Below are positions 57,738 through 64,000 of a stretch of 64,000 nt of DNA, one piece after another. The DNA comes from Clostridia bacterium (GTDB lineage Bacteria > Bacillota > Clostridia > Christensenellales > UBA1242). The stretch spans positions 135 through 64,134 of the forward strand of contig JAZONM010000009.1 of assembly GCA_045654505.1 (NCBI GenBank). Direction: 5' to 3'. The position numbers and the translations under genes were made by a program. The notes beneath the pieces were generated by a model. It had not been told where the DNA came from. It saw only the letters and a program-made list of their open reading frames with translations, and made no database searches. Position 1 is the first letter of the stretch, and every line of letters begins with the position of its first letter.

Positions 57738-57783
57738 GCAAAACAATGTGTGGTATTACTTGCATGTTGTTTTGCTTTTTGTT
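57738..57783 (+). terminator. Rho-independent terminator after thiI
   Basis: 9-bp stem GCAAAACAA / TTGTTTTGC with a structured loop, followed by a T-run. Confidence 0.6.
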
Positions 57784-57811
57784 TGACAAATATACACATA
57801 TGTTTTACAAT
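57783..57811 (+). promoter_or_regulatory. sigmaA-type promoter for rny
   Basis: TTGACA, 17-nt spacer, TACAAT. Confidence 0.5.
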
Positions 57812-57883
57812 AATATCGTATAATAGAATTCATAACAAATTTGTTTTTATTATATAACAACGAAATACAAAAGGAGCAATAAT

Positions 57884-59482
57884 ATGATTGGAATAAATTT
57901 ATATTCCTTTCTAGGATTGTCATCTGCTCTTTTAAGTGTTATTGTTGCACTTGTGACACTTGTTGTTGCGGTGCCTGTTTGCATATTTGTCGTAAACTTT
58001 GTAAATAAGAAAAAATTATCTGAAAGCAAAACTTCCATTGATGAATTATTGGTGGAAGCAAAAAATGAAGCAAAAAACTTAAAAAAAGAGGCAATCTTAG
58101 AGGCAAAAGATGAGGTTTTGAAATTAAAAACCGAGTGTGATGCTGAGATTAAAGAAAGACGTGCGGAGATCCAACGTAGTGAGAATCGCATCATACAAAG
58201 AGAGGACTTCATAAATAAAAAAGAGGAAATGCTTGATAAAAAAAGTGAAGCTCTTGATAATGCAAAACTTGAATTGAAGAACAAAGAAGATCTTATCAAT
58301 AAAAAGATTGAGGAACAAAACACTATTACCAAAAATATGGTTTTGGAACTTGAAAAGATCGCAAAACTAACTAAGGAAGAAGCAAAAGCAGAACTTATTT
58401 CTCGCTTTGAAGAAGAAGCTAAAAAAGACGCTGCTGTCCTTGTAAGAAACATTGAGCAAAATGCTCGTGAGGAAGCTGATAAAAAGGCAAAGGAAATAGT
58501 TACACTTGCTATTCAAAAAACAGCGGTAGAACACACTAGTGATGTAACTGTATCATCTGTTGCACTTCCTAGTGATGAGATGAAGGGCAGAATCATTGGT
58601 CGTGAAGGTCGTAATATCCGTGCGCTTGAAAATGCGACTGGTGTAGACCTTATTATTGATGATACTCCTGAAGCTGTAGTTTTGAGCTGTTTTGATCCTG
58701 TAAGAAGAGAAATAGCTCGTATAAGTCTAGAAAAACTTATGCTTGATGGTCGTATCCAACCTTCTCGTATTGAAGAGATGGTTGATAAAGTAAGTCGCGA
58801 AATGGAACTTACTATCAAGGAAGCAGGTGAGAGTGCTGTATTTGACGCTGGTATCCATGGTATGCATCCAGAACTTGTGAAAGTTCTTGGACGATTAAAG
58901 TATCGTACAAGTTATGGTCAAAACGTATTAAAACACTCACTTGAAGTATCTTATCTGGCTGGACTTCTTGCGGCTGAGGTAGGTGCTAATGTGAATGTTG
59001 CAAAACGTGGTGGATTATTGCATGATATTGGTAAAGCAGTAGACCATGAAGTAGAAGGTACTCACGTAACAATTGGTGTGGATCTTGCTACAAAGTATAA
59101 GGAAAGTAAAGAAGTTATTCACTGTATTGAGGCGCACCACGGTGGTGTTGAGTATGAAAGCCTTGAAGCGATACTTGTTCAGGTAGCTGACGCTATTTCA
59201 AGTAGCCGTCCAGGCGCTCGTAGAGAGTCACTTGAAAATTATATCAAACGTCTTCAACAACTAGAGTCTATTGCAAACGATTTTAAGGGTGTAGATAAGA
59301 GTTTTGCTATTCAAGCAGGTAGAGAGATTCGTATCATTGTAAAACCTGAGGAAATCAGTGACGAACAAGCCTTATTCCTTGCAAAAGATATTGCTGGTAA
59401 GATTGAAAAGGAAATGGAGTATCCAGGACAAATTAAAGTCAATGTTATCAGAGAGACACGTAGCGTAGATTACGCGAAATAA
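57884..59482 (+). CDS. rny: Ribonuclease Y
   Basis: N-terminal TM, a Lys/Glu coiled coil, a KH domain ([15 protein letters not shown]) and an HD domain (LLHDIGKA). Confidence 0.95.
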   Translation: MIGINLYSFLGLSSALLSVIVALVTLVVAVPVCIFVVNFVNKKKLSESKTSIDELLVEAKNEAKNLKKEAILEAKDEVLKLKTECDAEIKERRAEIQRSENRIIQREDFINKKEEMLDKKSEALDNAKLELKNKEDLINKKIEEQNTITKNMVLELEKIAKLTKEEAKAELISRFEEEAKKDAAVLVRNIEQNAREEADKKAKEIVTLAIQKTAVEHTSDVTVSSVALPSDEMKGRIIGREGRNIRALENATGVDLIIDDTPEAVVLSCFDPVRREIARISLEKLMLDGRIQPSRIEEMVDKVSREMELTIKEAGESAVFDAGIHGMHPELVKVLGRLKYRTSYGQNVLKHSLEVSYLAGLLAAEVGANVNVAKRGGLLHDIGKAVDHEVEGTHVTIGVDLATKYKESKEVIHCIEAHHGGVEYESLEAILVQVADAISSSRPGARRESLENYIKRLQQLESIANDFKGVDKSFAIQAGREIRIIVKPEEISDEQALFLAKDIAGKIEKEMEYPGQIKVNVIRETRSVDYAK

Positions 59483-59490
59483 TTGTTTAA

Positions 59491-59519
59491 AAAAAATCAC
59501 TCGTTTGAGTGATTTTTTA
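59491..59519. terminator. Bidirectional terminator (rny / ATP-grasp gene)
   Basis: Stem AAATCACTC / GAGTGATTT flanked by A8 and T6. Confidence 0.75.
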
Positions 59520-60368
59520 TTTAAAATATTTATTCTTAATAAAATTCATGATGATGTCTTGCATATTGTATCCCAGTTTTTTAAAAGCAATAAATCCTGC
59601 ATTAGTGTTGATTTCACATAAAATATATTTGCCTTTGTCGATAAGGTAATCTACTGATACTATTGACAAATCCAATTTCTTAGCTATAGCTATAGCTTGA
59701 TTTTTTATTTCTTCAGGAATTGCATATTTTCTAGCGTTTCCTCCGAGATTCAAATTAGAACGGAAGTCGCTATTATCAGATTCGCGTAAGATACAATCGA
59801 CTATTTTTTCACCTACAATATATATTCTTGCATCTTTTCCTTTAGAACCTTCTATATATTTTTGTAAAATAAAAGATGTATCTTTGTATTTTTCTATTAT
59901 ATTTAGAAAGTCCATATTATTTGATATTAAAAAGCATTTTTCACCTCGGGAGCCATTTCTATCTTTTAATACAAATGGTATACCCAGTATTTTCTTTATT
60001 TCTGTAAAGTTTTGGTTATCAAGGGAAAGAGTATCCGGGTGTTTTATATTGTTTTCTTTTGCAAACTTAAAAGTAAGATATTTATCTCTCGCAATATTGA
60101 CTCCTTTAAATTTGTTTACAAGTAATGTCCCATGTTTTTCTAAGTAGTCCATTAAAGCATTATTATATCCTCTAATTAGTGCAACTTTAGGTAGGTTTGG
60201 TATTGCTTCATTTTTATAATATAATACATTTTCTTTAATATCAAAATGATGAGAAAACTTCAATTCATATTCTATATTGTACTTTTCAGCAGCTTTGCAC
60301 ATGTTTAGAGTTGTAATGTGCTGATGTGCAGTATCGTACTTTTTAGAATATATTATCCAAAGTTGCAT
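59517..60368 (-). CDS. RimK-like ATP-grasp ligase
   Basis: 283 aa. It has ATP-grasp features (VLKDRNGSRGEKCFLI; ILQKYIEGSKGKDARIYIVGEKIV; LSIVSVDYLIDKGKYILCEINTNAGF). Confidence 0.7.
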   Translation of the reverse strand: MQLWIIYSKKYDTAHQHITTLNMCKAAEKYNIEYELKFSHHFDIKENVLYYKNEAIPNLPKVALIRGYNNALMDYLEKHGTLLVNKFKGVNIARDKYLTFKFAKENNIKHPDTLSLDNQNFTEIKKILGIPFVLKDRNGSRGEKCFLISNNMDFLNIIEKYKDTSFILQKYIEGSKGKDARIYIVGEKIVDCILRESDNSDFRSNLNLGGNARKYAIPEEIKNQAIAIAKKLDLSIVSVDYLIDKGKYILCEINTNAGFIAFKKLGYNMQDIIMNFIKNKYFK

Positions 60369-60383
60369 GCTTTTCCCCTTTGT

Positions 60384-60411
60384 AATAAAAATAGCCTAGG
60401 TAATCCTAGGC
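60384..60411 (-). terminator. Terminator between tRNA-Trp and the ATP-grasp start
   Basis: On the minus strand: stem GCCTAGG, loop ATTA, stem CCTAGGC, then TATTTTTATT. The ATP-grasp ATG is only about 16 nt beyond the U tract. Confidence 0.6.
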
Positions 60412-60422
60412 GTAGAAGATAT

Positions 60423-60496
60423 TGGCAGGGGCGGTAGGAATCGAACCCACCTCAGGAGTTTTGGAGACTCTTATTCTACCGATGAACTACGCCCCT
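60423..60496 (-). tRNA. tRNA-Trp (anticodon CCA)
   Basis: The reverse complement AGGGGCGTAGTTCATCGGTAGAATAAGAGTCTCCAAAACTCCTGAGGTGGGTTCGATTCCTACCGCCCCTGCCA closely parallels Bacillus tRNA-Trp. Acceptor stem AGGGGCG/CGCCCCT, anticodon loop CTCCAAA. Confidence 0.9.
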
Positions 60497-60509
60497 ATAA
60501 AACAATGAT

Positions 60510-60538
60510 ATTATATAATATAACTTTTCTTTAGTCAA
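60510..60538 (-). promoter_or_regulatory. Consensus-like sigmaA promoter for tRNA-Trp
   Basis: On the minus strand: TTGACT, 17-nt spacer, TATAAT, ending 13 nt before the tRNA 5' end. Confidence 0.65.
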
Positions 60539-60610
60539 TAATTTTACTTAATTTGATTTTTATTATTATTGGTTATTTGATATAATATTATCGTTGATAG
60601 GAGAGTAATC

Positions 60611-61054
60611 TTGAAAAAAGTCGATTTGTATACAGATGGTAGTTGTATTGGCAATCCTGGTCCAGGTGGTTATGCTTATATACTTATATATAATGGTATC
60701 AAAAAAGAGTTTGCTGGTTGTGAAAAAGATACTACCAATAATAGAATGGAAATAACAGCCGTTATTGAGGGACTTAAGCGACTTAAAGAGCCGTGTGAAG
60801 TTGTTGTTTATACAGACAGCGCTTACACTCTTAACGCTTTCGAACAAGGTTGGATTGACAATTGGATTTTAAATAATTGGCGTACCAGTAATAGAAAGGA
60901 TGTTCAGAACAAAGATTTGTGGCTTAACCTACTTGAGGTCATGAAACCTCACAAGGTGTCGTGGGTAAAGGTGAAAGGACACGCAGATAATGAACTCAAT
61001 AATAGATGCGATATTCTTGCGCGTGGCGAAATATCAAAATTGCAAAGTAAATAA
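60611..61054 (+). CDS. rnhA: Ribonuclease HI
   Basis: Contains YTDGSCIGNPGPGGYA, TNNRMEITA, VYTDSAY and KGHADNELNNRCDILA. TTG start, 7 nt after AGGAG. Confidence 0.9.
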   Translation: MKKVDLYTDGSCIGNPGPGGYAYILIYNGIKKEFAGCEKDTTNNRMEITAVIEGLKRLKEPCEVVVYTDSAYTLNAFEQGWIDNWILNNWRTSNRKDVQNKDLWLNLLEVMKPHKVSWVKVKGHADNELNNRCDILARGEISKLQSK

Positions 61055-61086
61055 AAAAACACCTGCTGTCAGGTGTTTTTTATTTT
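61055..61086. terminator. Bidirectional terminator (rnhA / ABC permease)
   Basis: Stem AACACCTG, loop CTGT, stem CAGGTGTT, flanked by A7 and T7. Confidence 0.8.
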
Positions 61087-63175
61087 AATAATCACGTTTT
61101 TTAAATGTAGTATATGTAATCAGATATAATACAGCACATGTCAAACCAAGTATTACAAAACTAATCCATATATTCATGTTTGATTGTACTGGAGTGGCTA
61201 GGATAGTTTCAAGTATGTTTTGACTAGATGACGCGTTTTGCAATCCGAAGAATCTAAACCATGAAGTATTTGTAAATGGAATAAATGCATATGCAATCGT
61301 CGAAGATAAGGATATTCCAAGTACAATTGAAAGTAGTATTGTAATAAATGAAGTCGAGATTGATGCAGCAAATGACTTAAATACAATTGACACAAAGTAG
61401 GATATTATCAAGTAAAATATTATATCCAAAATTGCAGTGAATACATATATAAGGAGCATTATTATAGGTGATGCTTCGAATATAAATGTTGAATTAAACA
61501 CAACAAGCATTTTTGACATTGCAGGAAGACCGAATGTGGCTAGACCACCTATAATTGTAATTACAAGTGACAATAGCATAAAGCAAAGAGAGAAGAATAG
61601 GGTAGCAAGCATTTTTGCAGAAAGAATTTTTCCTCTATTGAATGGTCGCATCAACAACAATCTGATTGTGCCACTGTCACACTCACTACTAATTAAGTAA
61701 GCTGACATCATCATTGTGAAAATGATAGTCAATAGTGTACATATCTTTAAAGTGGAGAATATGTAATCATATGCACTTGTATCGTAATCTATTGTTTGGT
61801 TGTAGCTAAAATTGTTTAGATATGAATTACTGTATATATTGTTTTTAAGATAGTATGTATTGTACGTGATTAAGGTGTTTTCAGTATATTCATTGTATGT
61901 TTTCAGGTCGTAACTATATAAGTTTTTAATCTCACTTCCAGTCAAAGCTTTTGTGATATTTTTAATGCTTATTTCTTCAACTAGATTATTGTATGTGCTA
62001 CTCATCAATTTGTAAGATGTTATTTGTTCGTTGATTCGAGATGTAGTTGTATCTGTCTTTAATTCTGTAATTTTGTCAAGAATAACCTTTTGATTTGCAT
62101 CTTTATATTTTTGTACTGTAGTAAGTTCTTTTACAACATTTTCGTCTGAATAATCAACATATTGCAATATTTGATTAAATGCATATAATTGATTGATGTA
62201 ATTGTCATTGTTTAGTTTTGTAGCTACTTCTTGGCGTTTGGTTTTATTGCTTTTTTCATAATTATTTAGGGTGGTTATATCTACAACGCGTTTTACTATG
62301 ATGTCCAATTTTTCTTTATCTTTTATAGATATAAGCGCGACTCTATTATCTTTAGTAATAATTTCGTCTACTAGTGCCTTGTACTCTTCTAATTTTGTAG
62401 TCAATTTATTAAGAACTCTCAATTCTTCTTCTGCGGATACAGCTGGATTTGTTGTGCCAGCTATTTTTATTAGGTAAGATTTAAATAATGTATCTTGTTC
62501 TTTTATGTCGTCAATAATTGAATTTAATACATAAGGTATATAGCCACGATAAGATTCGCATACAGTAGATAGAGTTTTTAAATAATCATTATTTTTAAAT
62601 GTATCTACAATCACTTTAGCATTATTTAATTTTTCTATCGAATTATATATGTCAGCTATTTTATTTTGTTGGTTTAGGATATAGCTATCACCATTTTTTA
62701 ATGATTTTGCTGACAAGAATGAATTGAAGTATTTTAAATTTGTGTAATACTCGTCTGTTTTATCGAAATACTGTGATAAAGTTTTTAGATTGTCCTTTAT
62801 TGTTTGGCTATCTTCAACATCAGAGTTTTCACTTTCGAGATTGGATAGGCTTGATATTATGCCATTCTCTAGTTCGGTTATGTTTGAGTAAAACTTATTA
62901 TTTTCATAATAGCACTTTATAATGTAATCGGCGTCTGCAATTGATTTGTCATAGTTCTCTTTTGTTTCGTTGCCCGTAGTGGAGTAGAATGTATTGTAAT
63001 TTGATGCAGCATTTTCGTCTGCAAGTTTTACTCGATTATCGGTACGAATGGTAGGTTTGAAGGTAAATAGCGAAATAAGGCAAGCAAAAACCAAAACAAA
63101 AGCCATGATATATACTGTCGGCTTTTTAAATATTTTATTAAATTCTGCTCGGGTTATTCTAAAAACGCCACGCAT
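61085..63175 (-). CDS. ABC-2-type transporter permease with large extracytoplasmic domain
   Basis: One N-terminal TM, an Asn/Tyr/Lys-rich domain of about 440 aa, then five or six C-terminal TMs. It is immediately downstream of an ABC ATPase gene. Confidence 0.6.
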   Translation of the reverse strand: MRGVFRITRAEFNKIFKKPTVYIMAFVLVFACLISLFTFKPTIRTDNRVKLADENAASNYNTFYSTTGNETKENYDKSIADADYIIKCYYENNKFYSNITELENGIISSLSNLESENSDVEDSQTIKDNLKTLSQYFDKTDEYYTNLKYFNSFLSAKSLKNGDSYILNQQNKIADIYNSIEKLNNAKVIVDTFKNNDYLKTLSTVCESYRGYIPYVLNSIIDDIKEQDTLFKSYLIKIAGTTNPAVSAEEELRVLNKLTTKLEEYKALVDEIITKDNRVALISIKDKEKLDIIVKRVVDITTLNNYEKSNKTKRQEVATKLNNDNYINQLYAFNQILQYVDYSDENVVKELTTVQKYKDANQKVILDKITELKTDTTTSRINEQITSYKLMSSTYNNLVEEISIKNITKALTGSEIKNLYSYDLKTYNEYTENTLITYNTYYLKNNIYSNSYLNNFSYNQTIDYDTSAYDYIFSTLKICTLLTIIFTMMMSAYLISSECDSGTIRLLLMRPFNRGKILSAKMLATLFFSLCFMLLSLVITIIGGLATFGLPAMSKMLVVFNSTFIFEASPIIMLLIYVFTAILDIIFYLIISYFVSIVFKSFAASISTSFITILLSIVLGISLSSTIAYAFIPFTNTSWFRFFGLQNASSSQNILETILATPVQSNMNIWISFVILGLTCAVLYLITYTTFKKRDY

Positions 63176-63185
63176 ATTTAACTCC

Positions 63186-64000
63186 TTAGAAAATGCTATT
63201 TATTCCTTTATTTTTAGCACTTATTATATCCAAGAAAACTTCTTCAAGAGGCTTGTAAATAACCTCAACACTGAATATGGATATTTTGTACGATATAAGT
63301 TTTTCGCTTATTTTATTTATATTTTTTTCGTCTGTATAGACTATAATGCTATTTCCAGCGACATCCACTTTATATTGAAATTCATTTACAAGCACTTTGC
63401 CTGCAAAATTTGGATAGTCGACTTTTATTCGTATTTTTTTGCTGTTTGCTTGGCCCTGCTTTAATTGGCTAAGAGTTTTTACTTCTAATAATTGACCTTG
63501 ATTTATAATTCCAATTGTGTCACAAAGTTGTTCCATCTCGCCAAGCATATGGCTGGACACCATTATAGCAATGTGTTGTTGTTTTGCAAGTAGTCTCAAG
63601 AAATCTCTCATTTCGCGTACACCTGCTGGATCAAGTCCACTTATTGGCTCGTCCAAAACCAATAGTTTTGGATTATGCAGAAGTGCTTGGCATATACCCA
63701 ATCTTTGTCTCATACCAAGTGAATATGTAGATACTTTGTCTTTTAATCTGTGTTCTAGTCCCACAACTTTAGCATAATTAATAATCTCACGTTTGTTTAC
63801 TTTGCCATGAAGACTTGCGTAATATTTTAAATTATCATAACCTGAAAGGTAGCCATACATAAGTGGAGTTTCTATCAATCCGCCTAGGTTTTTCAATGCT
63901 TTTTCGCGATCTGTCTCTACATTATGTCCGCATATATATATTGCGCCTCTAGTAGGCTTCATAAGACCGCAAATCATTTTCATTGTTGTTGATTTACCTG
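63186..64000 (-). CDS. ABC transporter ATP-binding protein (5' end beyond window)
   Basis: Q-loop, signature LSLGMRQRLGICQAL, Walker B LLVLDEPISGLD and H-loop SSHML. The Walker A ...GKSTT is read at the window edge, so the ATG at 63983 is internal. Confidence 0.85.
   Translation of the reverse strand, partial: GKSTTMKMICGLMKPTRGAIYICGHNVETDREKALKNLGGLIETPLMYGYLSGYDNLKYYASLHGKVNKREIINYAKVVGLEHRLKDKVSTYSLGMRQRLGICQALLHNPKLLVLDEPISGLDPAGVREMRDFLRLLAKQQHIAIMVSSHMLGEMEQLCDTIGIINQGQLLEVKTLSQLKQGQANSKKIRIKVDYPNFAGKVLVNEFQYKVDVAGNSIIVYTDEKNINKISEKLISYKISIFSVEVIYKPLEEVFLDIISAKNKGINSIF

Noticed and set aside
57850-58452. 200-aa minus-strand ORF, rich in Ser/Phe/Leu, overlapping the 5' third of rny
   Set aside because: It is the antisense reading of the Lys/Glu-rich coiled-coil region of RNase Y (AAG/GAA repeats read as TTC/CTT). 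It has no RBS and no recognisable family. rny on the plus strand is unambiguous.

Overview
This is a 64-kb chromosomal segment from a low-GC, endospore-forming Firmicute that looks Clostridia-like. I call about 69 protein genes and 7 tRNAs, almost all tightly packed core genes with SD-like sites and hairpin/T-run terminators.

Gene content, left to right:
- **Translation/transcription cluster:** rpsB-tsf-frr-uppS-cdsA-rseP, a PolC-like exonuclease gene, then rimP-nusA-ylxR-ylxQ-infB-rbfA-nrnA-truB.
- **Sporulation and neighbours:** an Nfo-like gene, then the complete spoIIIAA-AH operon. This is followed by asp23-nusB-xseA-xseB-proS, then argR-recN-spoIVB and a Spo0A-type gene.
- **Salvage, segregation and envelope genes:** spoIIM-like, deoB-deoD, a 756-aa lipoprotein, a DD-carboxypeptidase and an M50 protease. 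Then come scpA-scpB, ytfI/ytfJ-like genes, dacB-like, rluB-cmk-plsC-fhs, a DagK-like kinase and a HAD hydrolase.
- **sigF operon and tRNAs:** spoIIAA-spoIIAB-sigF on the minus strand, then a six-tRNA array (Pro, CAT, Asp, Phe, Thr, Tyr).
- **Accessory stretch (about 47.4-52.7 kb):** an SGNH hydrolase, an HTH/SDR-like gene plus an SDR, and a 749-aa Asn-rich Cys-repeat lipoprotein.
- **Right end:** spoVAC-AD-AE, yunB, cysteine desulfurase-thiI, rny, an ATP-grasp gene behind a lone tRNA-Trp, rnhA, and an ABC-2 permease with its ATPase (truncated by the window edge).

I saw no CRISPR array, transposase, integrase, phage module or recognisable defence or toxin-antitoxin system. I cannot point to a convincing multi-gene novel system.

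The observations most worth follow-up:
1. The Spo0A ortholog in the canonical spoIVB-spo0A slot appears to have a degenerate receiver domain that lacks the acidic Mg-binding pair.
2. A 518-aa PolC-N-terminal/OB/DEDDh-exonuclease protein with no polymerase core sits where polC normally lies.
3. An autoregulated-looking HTH/dead-SDR regulator is translationally coupled to an intact SDR. The pair is bracketed by about 120-bp direct repeats, one of which is a decayed copy of the neighbouring gene's 3' end plus terminator.
4. An unusual Asn-rich lipoprotein carries a CxxC repeat block.
5. The ATP-grasp gene's only visible promoter is that of the upstream tRNA-Trp.

All coordinates were derived by hand from the sequence and the ORF track. 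All homology statements rest on motif recognition, not database searches.
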